From Kudoa neothunni (Eukaryota; Animalia; Cnidaria): DNA of 64,000 bases. Under the pieces are notes generated by a model. The model ran no database searches and was not told the origin of the DNA. It saw nothing but the letters and a program-made list of their open reading frames with translations. Within the stretch, counting starts at the first letter, position 1, and every line of letters begins with the position of its first letter. Made by a program: the position numbers and the translations under genes. This document shows, one piece after another, positions 39,501 through 53,480 of the stretch. Location of the stretch: contig OZ199840.1 of assembly GCA_964304625.1 (NCBI GenBank), positions 1,712,332 to 1,776,331 on the forward strand, written 5' to 3'.

Positions 39501-40167
39501 ATGGCCTGGCATCATCGCCATTGGTACAAACGTATTTTTGTGTGGAAAAATTTAATGATTATACAATGTATCGAGAATAAAAATTATCCAATAATGGCCA
39601 CCTCTGAATATTTAGATTTGAGTTAAATCATATCTTCATCTTATTAAAGCTTCTATATACATTATCGTTATGTTTCTATAAATCATTCCGCGCTGAAGTA
39701 TAAAGCCAAAAATTAACAACGTTTACATTTGCGGGATAACAATATTCTTGAACTTAACATTTAGATTCAGATATCTTAATTAGAGTTTAAAACGACCATA
39801 TTAGGATGCAAATATGACAAGTTAGATCAAATGGCCTCATATTTTGAATTATATATTAGTACTTCAGAATAGAAATGTAAATTTATTATTCTGGCGAAAA
39901 TGTAATTCGATGAACACAGCTTAAATCCATTTAAATATTTATTAACGTCCAAGTCATTGTTAAGTACATCTGAATAATCTATTTATTTTTCTTCAAAAAT
40001 AAACTAAATTTTTTTGAACTCATCTATTATTTTTGAAAATAATCTTTTCAATTTTGTAACTCAAAGTAATTAGCCGACAAAAATAAAACGTCATTATTAT
40101 TATTATTTTTTGTTATTATTATCATTAATGCTAATCGCAATTTAAATCATAGAAATAAATAATTAGG

Positions 40168-41241
40168 ATGTCTTATGTGACCATAAGGAATAGAATTTTG
40201 GTTTCAACTTGTCTCACATTATTAATCCTAGAATGTATGCATTCTAGAAGAGCGGCAATAAATCCTGCTGTAAGAATTCAAATACCTCTAGAAGATAATC
40301 AGTATAATTTTTAGGGTGCCAAAAATATTTACTCTAGATGTATGAAATGGAATCTAAATCCCTATTCCCAAAATCCACATCCGGTAATAGTGAAAGATCC
40401 AGAGGTGATAATACTGGTCGATTCGAAAGCTGACGACTTCGAATCAAGATGTGCTATTCGAGCAGTTTGGTCGCATTATTCGCAAAAAAATCTATCACAT
40501 GTAATGTCATACGTGGTTTATTTTCAACTGGGTTTCAAGAGCAATGATACATTGAAACAAGTTCAGCATGAAAACCAACTCTATCACGATCTACATATAT
40601 TTGACCATATCAGCGAAACTTATTCTAACCTTAGAAACAAACTCTTGGCATCTTTAGAACACATAAATAGAACTAGAAGTTCAAAGTTGAAGTATATTGT
40701 AAAAACAGACGACGATGTTTATGTTGCCATAAAGAAATATCTTATCCACCTGAAGGCTACAATCAATGATAATGTGGACTACGAAGGGTTGTTGTAAGTT
40801 TTAGGTTGAGAAACCTCATGGTAAGTATATTATAATATTTATATATTTCTTATATGTAGATGTGCAGATATGCCAATCATAACTGACGAAACCCATAAAA
40901 ACTACCAGCCACCACTACCTTTTCTAAAAGATTTTTATTCTCCGTTTTGTTTAGGTCGTGGATACTTTATTAAACCACATAAATTAAATTGTCTACTTTC
41001 GTCAACAAAAACGCATGTAAATCTGGCAAATAGCGACGCACACATTGGTTATATGTTGCAGTTATGTAATACAACCATGAAAAATGATTCAAACTATGGA
41101 TTGATTTCAATGCGTAATGATAACTTGATTCATGGGGTAGATCTCATCAAAAATAAAACCCAGTTCTATTTTATGCACGGAATAAGAAAATATAACCAAC
41201 TATTATTCGATGAATTATTCCACAATCTGCAGAGTACTTAA
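40168..41241 (+). CDS. GT31 beta-1,3-galactosyltransferase/GlcNAc-transferase family protein
   Basis: N-terminal hydrophobic anchor, RCAIRAVWS, ENQLYHDL, ETYSNL, KYIVKTDDDVYV (DxD), FCLGRGY, SDAHIG. Introns 40270-40314 and ~40794-40859. Confidence 0.9.
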
Positions 41242-41949
41242 ATCTATTTATCAGCTTATTTTACTACGTATATATATATATATATATATTCTCTATTTTA
41301 GATCCTTAAAGAATAACATTCCCAAATATCCACTACATTCTGGTTACACTGCAATTTATTACTAAATTTATTATCGTTATTTGGTCAATACAATTGCATT
41401 AGATCTATCAACAAATTCAGTGCTGATTAACAAAATAGATAATATTAATTTTACATTAATTAACAAGTTACATTGAAATAATAGCATGCTTTTTAATGAA
41501 AACTTTTGAGGGTTTTGGTTATATTTTATCCCTATCCTTAATAGAATTGTCAATAATGTCATATATCTTCATTTATATTTCTTGAATGACTTTATAATTA
41601 CAAAAAAGTGTCTGAAAAGTGAGAGAGTATCACACATTGTGAAAAATGGCAATAAATGGTAGTTTATCTCATTATGAGAAATCTTCAAATGAGTTTTTTC
41701 ATACCTGTTGTAATAGTTACATAGTTATTATTAAATGTTTTATGATAAAAGTATTTACTTATAAAGTCTAAAAAATAATTAATAGATATCTTAAGCACAA
41801 CATCGAATCTTAAATCATAAATAGGTATCATATAATCGTTGATTGAACTTCGATTAGCTTTTAATTTTACGATAAATAGGAAAATTACGCAACAATCATT
41901 GGCAAAACTCGAATAAACTTTATTATAATTCAATCAGGTAGTTTATTAC

Positions 41950-43260
41950 TTTTTTCTTTTCTTCCCATATGCAGTCATTCTAAAATCTCTTAGTCTTCAA
42001 ACATCTTTAGGCTTTTTGGACCGTAAAATCTGCAAAAAATGTATGATGATACACTGAAGCTTAAACCTTATAATTCCAGTAGATGTGGTTTATTTTATAT
42101 TGTCTGATAAATTAATAAACTGTGATCTAATTGGATACCAATTTTTTTTGAAATACAGATTAAAATCCTTAACATTCAGCTGTCAAGTTTAGTCCGCATT
42201 TTTTAATAATCATCTTAATTTCTAACGAAGATTATTTTTTGAAGAATTTTTAGCATCATATCTTGTAATGCACACGTGATATTATATATTTAAAACAATA
42301 TCTACCACTCGAAAATTTTCAAAACATAAAATTTACATATAAGTAGTTCGGAATCGTTTTTCAAGACTTTCAAATCTTTGCTGATGATTATAGAAAGTCC
42401 CGTTTCCTCTATCGATGACAGAATAGATATTAATTATTAATGTATTAATTTAAAATAATTTTCTTTGTAAATAATACGTGCACTACTTATATGGCTCGTT
42501 GCAGGGGAAATCGTTGACTGTTAGGTATTGGGGAACACTGAAGAAACTTTAATAAAATGGTGAGTTTAAAAAATCAATAAATTACGAATATTGTGTTTTT
42601 TATTGTGATTTCTGTAATTTTCAGGCAGTATCAACATAAATAGCTCTAGCAACAAGGAAAAACCCTTCTTCATCTCATCCCCTATAAATATAGTTGCACA
42701 AAGCCGATTCGCATCTTCACTAAGAATTCTAACATCATAGTTATGATCCAGAGTTAAAATGTTATAAAATTAGTTGATATTATTACCTTGGTAAGATGCT
42801 ATTTTCGTGTAATATATGGAATCGAGTGCAATATTACATTCGTTTCGTATTCTACCTTAGGTTGAAGCGTTTTTTCATTGACAAATTTAGAAATTAATGT
42901 TGATATTAATTTACGTTGTGAGGTACACCTGAATAAAACCAGATTTCTTCTGTGGTTATGTGCTACATGTAGAAATTTTACTTCAAGTTTTTTTTCGTCG
43001 GAGCTGACTCTTACCTTAATATGAGTCTGACAGGTGCCCCACGAAGTTTTAGCCTCTTTTACACCATTTGCTCTATTACGAAAATAATTGTCAAAATAAC
43101 AAATTTACTAAATATAACATTATTTTAATTTCCTATTAATTTTTTAAATCTCTATCTATTAAGTTACATAATGATTTTTTTTTCGTATAACTAAAGAATA
43201 TTCTGGATGATGAAACTGGAAAAATCTTCTCTCTACTTAAAACATATCAATCTTAGCACT
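41950..43260 (-). mobile_element. Degenerate MULE transposase relic
   Basis: The minus strand reads CQTHIKVRVSSDEKKLEVKFLHVAHNH (FAR1/WRKY-GCM1-type C...HNH, ~42950-43035) and RAIYVDTA (catalytic D region, ~42630). Many stops. Confidence 0.5.
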
Positions 43261-44279
43261 GCCTTATATTATTTCTTATTCTGGCATATTATAAAGATCA
43301 TAAAAAATTCCACGTTAATGAATATAAATTATTTATAATCGTTAATATTAAATATAAGCATAATTCATAATTATAAGTATTACAAGTTCTGTAAGTTCAT
43401 TTTCGTAACACTTTTACATCCTACCTCACAGTTATCCATTTTAAAGTACCTTAAAAGGGCAGGTAAAAAATTTTTTAACAAACAAATAAAATGTGTATTT
43501 ATATGCACATACAGGTTGGGTACTTACGATAGATTTGATTTAGTTAGGGCGATTTGAGGATGGATTATCGAATTAGAATTAAAAAAAATCTAGAAATACT
43601 CAATTGTAATAACATAAAATCAAAAATTATTTCAACGGCCACAACATATATATACATACATACATAAACTGATATTTTAAACTTTTAAGTCACCGATTTT
43701 TATCGTAAAATCTATATAATAAATTTTAACGCGAAAATTTAAAATTTAATAGATAAAAATATGTTTAAATAGTAAAGAATATTATAGGTTTAAGCATTCT
43801 CAGAATTTGGAGAAATTCGTTTTTGTGATAATAGCCAATGCCTAAAAAGATACGCGTATTTTTTACACGTAGTGTTTTTGAGGTCATATATGACCCAGGT
43901 AATTTATATTAAATAATGCGGCTAAATTGTGAATACCATAATCCGAAATTATATAGAATTCTAACGATAAAATAAAGAGAAAATGAGGAAAAACCTTTAA
44001 AGGATTCATGTGAGTGACAACGAAGCGGATTAATTTCGAATAACGGATAGTTTGGACGAAGAATATTCCACAAATTTTAAGAGTTACTTTAGTGAAATTT
44101 TCAATTCTACTCAATCAGGCAGTGTCCATTCGTTCGTGCACATGCACATGTTATTAATATGGTTTCGTATCCGCTTTTCGTTATGTTATGTTATGTTGAA
44201 CTGGACTGTGGAAAAAATCTACCACGAATTCTAATGAATGGGACATTCCTGTTCCATCTTTACTAAAGACGTGGGAATG

Positions 44280-45041
44280 GAACATCCCAAATTGATTTTA
44301 TTGTTTGCACAAAGTGCAACAAAACATTCCTGCTTAAGTCATCTTGGGGGAATAGGAAACTTCTTACTCAAAATAACTTACATACTCAAACAAACAAAAA
44401 TATAAAAATTAATGAATTATTTGTTTCACATTCCTCTATTGTTAATATAAGCGTATAAGAGGGGGTAATGTTTGACATTTAAATTTCTAATTTTGTAGCT
44501 GAATTAATCTCTCGGTTTACAATAACGGGAAGTGCATCGTTTACAGAGAAGATAAACTTTGCATTTAACTTAGGCAAAAAATTCAATGAACGTAATGCTA
44601 AGCTTAAGATCTTATCCTAAAAATGCGTCAAAAGAATAATTACGAATGAGTATGAGCGCATGTATTTAAAAATGGAAAAATTATTTAAAACAACCAATCA
44701 CAATAGTATGTGCCCAACCGTTGATATCTGGACTGATATTATCAAAATTAATTAATTAATTAATTAAATGATATGACAGTGTTATTTGTTAAAAATTTCA
44801 CCCTCTACATTTCCAATATGGCATGATATATTTTCCTGTAAAACGCATTGCAGAAAATATAAATTCAATCCGCACGGAATTTTATAGTAAATTTTCACGT
44901 AACAAATCTGATCTAAGAATTGTTTGTAACTCCGCAGCAAACTATCTATCAGGTCTAAAAGAGTTCAACACAACCAAGTGTGTTTCTCACCGCCTTCATA
45001 CTATTATATCTCAAGTTATTTTATGTATTAAATTTAAGTAA
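44280..45041 (+). mobile_element. hAT transposase relic
   Basis: BED-like FIVCTKCNKTF (~44297), TVDIWTD (~44717) and KCVSHRLHTI (CxxH motif, ~44976). Confidence 0.6.
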
Positions 45042-47605
45042 AAATTTTCGTAAGTAAATAAACGTAAAAGTGGTATACATAACGATACGCTTTCTTAATC
45101 TCTCAAAATTCTGTTTGGTAAATAAAGGAAAAACTGTTATGATCCAAATTTAAATAATTTATATTTATGTATTTTAATATGTTGATTAAACGCTTTATCA
45201 TTACTAAGTTTATAAATAAATTTTACTTTCGATATAATGGCTAATTTCGATTTTTTATTATGTGTAGCTTGGGATCTCAGTACAAACAGCACATCCGATT
45301 TATCCATACTAAGGGTGAATGTTGACAAACTGTGCGGATCTTTTCATAAGATTGGCAATACATCCAATACATTGTATAACACTTCAGCTGCGAGTTAACA
45401 GCATGGTAGTTGTTACAAAGAATGATTTGGACATAACCCACATATTAAAATCATTAATTATTTCATTACAAAGCTTTGTTATATACTATAACATTAATGA
45501 AACATTATTTTATTAAAACGAATATTTTTGTCCCAAAAAATTAAATTTGTAATGTATATTAATTGTATACTTTATGTCGTATTTTAAATATAAATAGATC
45601 AATGTACGATTAATATAATTATTGTTAGTTTCAATTTCGCAAGTAATTGATGTATAAAAATTACTTCACTAATAATAATGTACTAATAAAAATTTATAAA
45701 CTAAAATAAACAATTATAAATGTTACTAAATGGATTAAAAGTTAATTTGACGTTTAAAAATAAAGATAGATGACATATTACTTCATAATATTAGACAAGC
45801 TTATTTAGAAGGTTTACTACGCTAAATTTGGTATGTAATTCTTAAGAAAATTTAAATAATGGTTAAAGTATATTAATTAGGATAAAATAAGCAAATAATC
45901 AGCTATGTTTCGTTATATTTATGCAAAACGATATGGGTTGCACGTGTACCCCACTGTAGTCGAATAGGAATTAGGCCAAAATTTAGAAGTAATTTATTTG
46001 AGCTCAATATTTTTTGATTTATTATTGATAATCGTAAAAGAAAAAGAAAAAACGAGGAAAAACGGACCCAATATGGTGTTTTTCTAAAGCCATGTACGTC
46101 ACCATTATCAAAAATGATTCTAAAATATTGATTATTAGATTTTTAAAAGTGTTATAATTCAAAAAAAATATGGAGTAAAATTTACCCCAAAGTCCATTAC
46201 ACACTACACACTCATCGTTTTGGAGATCATTAGAGTGTTAATATTGAGATATAACTGCTCTTAATATTGTTTCATCTAATCATTATATAGGAGGCACTTA
46301 ATTTTCTTGAACCATTTTCACTAAATCAAATCTAGGTTTGGATATGTTTACCCAGAACCTAGATTTCTAAAAATTCAATTTACAGGATACTTTTAACCAG
46401 TGTATATTGGAGGTTCTAATATAATTCTGTATTATATTTTAAAATTCCACTGAGTATGTTAATTTATAGCAGTTTAGAATGCAGTATAGGAGTAGTTATC
46501 GTCCCCTCGGAAGGAAATGTTACTTTATTGCATTATAATTTTATATCAATTATTGTATACTTATTTCTACAAAAAAGTATTAGTAATACAAAATAAAAAC
46601 ACTTATCAATAAACAATTTCCAGTCCAAAAAACGTAAAACTGGTTAGTCACATGATTCCCACATGGGTTATTTTCTGTCTTGTTTTAATTCTAATTGACT
46701 TTTAATTCACAAAAATATCTAAAAAAACACAGGTATTTTTCATTTAATATTTTTATAGTATTTTATGTTTTTGGAAACTGAGTAAAAGTGGGTGTGCGGG
46801 ACACTTTTTATCTATTATAGTCACATTCTTTTTAAAATATGAAACTCATTTCATTTCATTTTACCAATTAAACCATTGCATTTAAAATGTGAAGTCAAAC
46901 TTTAAGTTTTACTTAAAGGAATCTTTTTAACTAAAAGTATAATGTTCGAGCAATATTAAACCTGGGAAATGTCTGAGAAATCGTCTAATCCTCATTTTGA
47001 AGAAATTTCAAGTCTCTTACAACTAGAACATCTTAAACCTCCTGTAATAAATTCTCGTGATAGGAAAAAAAGAATTACCGAAAATAGCAAAATATCAATT
47101 ATCTACTGCACTCAATTTATGGTATTAGTCCAAAGTTTAGGGCGCAAAAGTGAGCACAACACATACTCAAGCATCGAAATACCTTGTTTAAAACTCAATG
47201 AGGAATTAATCAAACATGAATACGAGTAGGTCAAGTTATTAACGCGAAATTCTACAAATTTATTTCGCAAAGAAAATTGGCATTTAACACCACAGCAGAT
47301 CCCCCCAAAAAAATGAAAATATAATTAATCGCAACTGATCTAGTTATGTATTGACAAAGAGCTAACTCACGGTAGAAATGTGATGAACTTATCTTAGCAA
47401 AAGCGCAATCTAACCCAACTCGAGAGTGAATTAAAGAAGTATATAGAATCATAATATACGGCACTCTTGGCACCAATAACGAGCATATATATTATTAAAA
47501 ATTATAGAATTCTATGTTTCGGTCAACGCAAAATCAATAATCCAACAAATATGTTCAACAAACCAACAAATAGCTAATACTAACAGTATTCAGTTTTTAA
47601 TTCAT

Positions 47606-47863
47606 TTAATTAAGCTAGAATGTAATTAGTAAAGGGCAGATTTAGGTTCAATTACTTTGTTGAATCCAATTTTCTTGGCATTTTCTCTGAAACATTGACG
47701 ACACACATCCAATCCATATTTTCTTATAAGACCGTGATGGTTGCGGCATACGCGACTATAGAAATTAGTTAGGCGGCTAAAATTCATTAAAATCAACAAA
47801 CCATTTACGACTTCCTTGGCCATAGTTTCTAGGATGAGAATACCAAATTCTTTCGTGAACCAT
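47606..47863 (-). CDS. RPS29: 40S ribosomal protein S29 (uS14), 56 aa, 3 exons
   Basis: Spliced product [56 protein letters not shown]. The last coding exon is only CTT AAT TAA (47606-47614). Confidence 0.97.
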
Positions 47864-49473
47864 CTTGCTAGAGACTCGTGTGTACAGCCCGACTTATTCC
47901 GATCAATTGATCGGGGGTTGTATTTGGTTACATGCATTTATAGTAATATGCTGGGATTTCTTTGTTCAGAATTACTTATTTTAAGTTCGAATCAACTGTT
48001 AAGACACTTTTCTCTCCATTATTAATAATTGTAGATATTCGACGGAAACCAACGAAGATAATGATGTTGTAGGAAATGATTGGATTCTCATTAAACTTAC
48101 AGATTTTTACACGTCTTAGTATTTTTTTGAAATTATTTTTTATAATTTGTTGACTTAAAAACAACATACCTATAACGGAGGTTCTAAAAATTGATCTGGT
48201 TGTTAATAGTCGTGAATTTCCGCCCCGGGCATATGAGGGGAATTAATCTATTCCTTTATTCATGTTTTTTATATTTTGTATTAAAAATGCTACTGTAATA
48301 ATATTAGTTTAAAATATTAACATTAATTTTAGGGGTCATTTCGCTTCTATAACTTTAACAAGCAGTTATACTCTCTCAAAGAGTTAAAGTAAATATAATT
48401 TCTAAATAATAGTTTTGTTGTTAGTTGATTATTGTTCTAATCAATTGTTAGTAATAAAATCTCTAGTACGAATTGAAATTGTTATGCTCGATTCAATAAA
48501 CGTTCGATAAAATAGCTTAGTTCAATCTCAGATAGATATGCCAATAGATGAGACAAATTATAAGCGATAGTTAAAAAAAAGTTTTATTACCGAAATAACT
48601 CTTGGGTGAATAAGAAATTTTCTCTTAAGCTGCGGGCGTCGGCAAAAAATACCTTAGAAAGTAACTAGAGCTGCCGAAAAGAGAAGGAAAATGATGTGAA
48701 TATATCAAAAGCTTATCTATGGAAGGTGTCATTTCTGAAAGGTGGGGTGTATACAGCGATCATAAATGAAAAGTTATCGATTCGTGAATGAGTGTTTACT
48801 TTTTATCAAATGAAAATAATGAATCATAGGCAGTACAGTGGATAAAATACGATTATTCACACTTCTGATGAATTAATTATTTTGAGAGATTCAATAATAC
48901 TATTGAATTTATCTTAAATTTTTATGTATTGATATTTTTACATCTGAATAATTCTAAAGTTAAAAAAAAGATGTAAAAATCAGAACGCAGGTGCAGGTAT
49001 TTCAGTATTTAAGACAAAGCAGGGTGGACTCACTGTGAAATACCTCTGACAAAATATTTCAGCGATTTTATCCGAATAAAACATTTATCAAAAATTTACA
49101 TTTTTTAGACATGTGGAATGGATCGATTTTATAATTTTATCTAGATACGCAGAAACTAAAGTAGATAATAAGTTTTTGAAGCTGAGAACAACTTTAAAAG
49201 TCCCATCCATATTTTACGTCTCACCTAATCAAAAGAATTATATTTCTATAAATTAAATAAAATTTAAACTGCTTATATTTCAAAAAACGTTTTATGAAGA
49301 ATATTTGAACAAAATTTCTGTATTTTACGTAATTTTAGGTAGGCAAAAAATAATAAAGTGAAGGAAAATAAAGAAATAATTTATAACGATTTAATTCACA
49401 TATATATTAAATATATTTTGGGAAATGTGGCCATTTAAATAAAGAAAAATTTGTGCCGACTTCAAATTTCTCA

Positions 49474-51432
49474 ATGAGAAAAAAACCGGAAAACTTTACA
49501 CAATGCTGCAAACGGGTAAAATATCTTTCCCAGCGATAGTAGTGTAATCTCTTCAGGTAGTGAAAATTGCCATCAAGTTAGCATCCCAAAGCGATGATAA
49601 TTATTCAACTGTTTGCGATACTTATTCTAGTTAATACCAGGATATACTCGATGGTAGTAGACGTGTGATAGATGGATACTAAGTGATCGATTAGAAAGGA
49701 ATCGTTGCGAAGGTGTATTCAAGAGCGGTGGTGATAACTGTGTTCGATAGTAGTCCAGAATTGGTAGCATCGCCTTATGAATTTACCTCACTGATAGGAC
49801 ATCAAGAAATTGTTCATCCATGTACATTTATTGATGCAATCCAAAATGACGAACTAGTTTTAGATGATCTATTAGAAAAGTCAAACATAACCGACTCCTT
49901 AAGTTATATTTGCGAGCTCATCAAAGAGGCTCTACAAAAGAGCGGTTGGAATATCACCAATGACATCATTTCAGTTTCGATTCTGCTTCACCAAGCGTTA
50001 TTCCACAAGTAATGTGTTTGCAGCCACCACCTCAAAAATTATAATCTTACATTTTTAGCGGATTTTACACATTGAGTGATCATTTGGTGAATAACTTTTT
50101 TCGGTATTACTTTAGCGAGTCTTTCCCAACAAATATACTCTACCATCAACAATACTTTGATGAAATAGACTCTGTGCTTTGGAAATATCTTTGGTTCAAC
50201 TATAACAAGAAAAATCTTAGAGTAAACAAAAATGGCAACGCATAGTTTGAACCAGCATATAGTTGAAAGATGAGGCTGTAATATCGAGAGATCCGTATGC
50301 CGGTATGGTAGTGTTGTTTCCAGTTAATGTACCACCCAAAAAAATTCCAATGGATGGGAAATTAATTCGAGTTAAATTTATCAACAAATATTACTCCATC
50401 TTTGGAATGGTATTAAAAAATTTGAATATCGATGTATTACTCACAAGAGGGGTGGATATTTTATTTCAACCGGTAGTTGGTTTTGTGAGAAATATCGTAT
50501 CAATCAATTTTAGTTGAGCAATAAAAACCATCCTTGTTTCCAAGTGGGTTCTGAGGTATTAGTGAAAAAAATGCCTACCCCTGATTCGATTCAAAAGTTG
50601 AACCAACTGAATTCGATCTTGAACTACTCCACAGAAGTGTTTTATGGATCGGAAAACATTACTCAATGCTCTGAGATGTTGTTGTCAGGTAATAAACTTT
50701 TCGACCTAGTGGAAGAATACATGTTCTACATAACTGAATACATCTACAACGCCAAGTTGAATATTCCTAGGGTCTTCAATGTAACTATAAAGATAAATGG
50801 GCGGGGTTAGTTGCAATTACTTATAGCTGATTACAACCGAAGAAGACTACCTCAAAGAATGTTATAGTGATGATCAGTTTAAGGTCTTCAAAGACAATGT
50901 AATTATGTAAATAATGACTGTTGATGTATTGGCTATAGAAAGAGAAATTATTTTGGAACTGTTCCACGCTTTTGAAAGCTTATGATTTAGCAATGGTCAA
51001 ATTGTTGGAGGAATTTATTTCTTTAAAAATTATATCCAGTCACGTATTAATTATGCTTTTAGTCTATTGATCTAAAGTTAACTGTTCACTTTGAGGTTAG
51101 TGACTAAAATTTAGGTGGATCTGAAATATTTCAACCTTGGAAGTTTGCTAACAGATAATCCTATATATAAAAGAAGTTCCAAAGATCTAACCAATGATGA
51201 ATTGAAAGATAAATCAAAGCATATCCCAAAGACCACAGCCGATATCACAACAAAAACTTCCACCACGAGAACTTCGGGACAGCCAAAAATTAAATACAAC
51301 AAAGGAATTATCGCAGCTTTGACTATAGTTTCTGCGCTTGTTGTTATTTTTGTGGCCTGGGGTGTACTTATTTTGAAGAGGCGACAAATTCGTCGTAATC
51401 TACGTCTACGTCAACGTCAACAAGTGCAATGA
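49474..51432 (+). CDS. Unknown multi-exon protein with C-terminal TM helix; 5' end uncertain
   Basis: A chain of coding-like ORFs (49713, 50263, 50514, 51115) is separated by short GT-AG gaps. The last exon has a Thr-rich stalk, TM GIIAALTIVSALVVIFVAWGVLIL and a basic tail KRRQIRR. No family recognised, and the exon junction near 50000-50060 is not resolved. Confidence 0.6.
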
Positions 51433-52000
51433 TTCTCTTTCGAGTTATTCGTTTTACTCTATCACTTATATTAGTCTAATATTAAAATAATTTATTCCTA
51501 TCTATTATATATTGTTTATCTTATCGATTTTATTATTATTTGCTTGCGAATTAAGTTAGAACTGAGGCTGATTTAATTCGAATTCATATCATTTCGCCTC
51601 ATTTTTTGATATTATTATTATTAATTTTCGGTGGAATTATTTAAAGATATATTTATAAATTTTTAATTAATATTAATTTTATATTAAAAAAATATGAATT
51701 ATCATCTCCATAATAAATTTAAATATATATTGTTATTTTGATTAGACTAATTTTAACTCAACGGAAATTATTTTTAGGAAGTGGCTATGGAAACGGATCA
51801 TAATATCCAAGTTAATGTAGTTTTGATTATAGTAAATCATTAATTTCAATAACAGCGAAACGTGGACTAAAACTAGTTAAATCGATACATATCATGTGAA
51901 TAAGGGTTCGTAGGATTAAAAATTTTCATCGAGTATGTGTTAATTTGATAATACCTAAGTTCCTAGAACGGGCACGCAATAATTAACCACCTTAACGGAA

Positions 52001-53150
52001 ATGAATAACGTTTTTTTAAAAATATTTGAAAATAATCCTAAACTGAAAATTTTTTATGTTGGGTTCTTGTTGCTAATTGTCAACTTTATTTTGGCTGGTT
52101 ACAATGTGATTACATCATTCTATGTGAAAGAAAAGAACGATTTATGGCTCGTAACATTCTACAGAGTGCTTATCGCCACTCCGATTAGCATACTCATGGC
52201 ATTATTGGTTGAGGGGAAATTCAAATTATGGTATAATCAATGGTGGTAATTTTTTGTAAAAGTTTAATAGTACATAATCGTCTTTTTGTATTAATTTAAT
52301 TTCTATTTATCTTTTTTCCCAATTTTATTCAAATAAAATTTTATTTAATATATAACATTTTAGTTCGATGCTTTTCTTTGTCGTATTTGGAGTTACCTCT
52401 GCAGCATTATCTCCAGTCATGTATCTGATGGGTATTGAGTATACTGATGCAGCCTACATGTCTATATTAACTCAAGTGATACCTATTTTTTCGTCAATTT
52501 TGTCTATAATTTTGAAAATGGAACCGTTTCCATCAATACAAGATAAATCCACAATTGTGAGGTTTGTTGGTATTGTTTTTGGAGTTGGTTTTGCTATTGG
52601 AATTAGTGTGGTTCCATTGGTAGACACTCCTCCCAATTTTATCATCAAAAATTGGATTAATGGGACAATTATTGCAATAACCTCCAATTTGATATTCTCT
52701 TGTTATTTGGTGCTACAAATGAAATTATTCTACAGAAATCCAGATAGTTCTCTTCAACTTAAACCTTTCACTGTTAATTGTTTATGCACTCTCTACGGAA
52801 CCGTCGTCTATTTTATTATTTTTGGCATATATTTCTGGATAAAAAAAGGAAACCTACTACACGATAATGATATTGCTATTCCTGCTTTCTATTCTGGAGT
52901 GTTGACCGTTGTCGTTGGATATGGTCTTCTAACCTACTGCATAAAGCACTCGTCGGCTATTATTTCAAGTTGTCTATTTTCGATCCAGATCGCAACCAGT
53001 CTTGTTCTATTGAGGTTATTCAAACGTGCCAGTCTAACCACCACACAATATTTACTATGTCCATTTTTACTACTTTCAGGCTTAATGGTTGTATTTTCGC
53101 CATTACTCAATCCCAAAAAACCCTCCTCGCCAGCAATGAAGCTGAGATAA
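52001..53150 (+). CDS. EamA/DMT (MtN21/WAT1-like) transporter, paralog 1
   Basis: About 10 hydrophobic helices; FYRVLIA, YLMGIEYTDA, QVIPIFS, FYSGVL motifs. One intron, ~52246-52363. Confidence 0.85.
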
Positions 53151-53480
53151 AGTGGCTTAATTAAATGCGAAATAACTCGTCCATTATTTTCCTTTTCAAT
53201 ACATTTCAAAATGAAAATATGTCGTATTTATATATATATATATATATATATACAAAAGAGAACTATCGATGTGTTGGTTTTTATATGTGCTTCTAAGTAC
53301 ACCTGTGAGGGGAAAAATATTTTTCCTTATACACAGATGTCTATGGAACTTAAAATAATTTACACTAACATAAAAAATCTTTTTCTGTTATTGAAATTTA
53401 ATGAGATCTAAATAATTTAGGAAATGGTGATGGTATCGGTTTAGGATTGGTTTAGGGAAAAGGTTACTGGCACGGTAAAG

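Noticed and set aside
47626-47937. 103-aa ORF suggesting an N-terminally extended RPS29
   Set aside because: It is an artefact of reading through introns; splicing gives the normal 56-aa protein.
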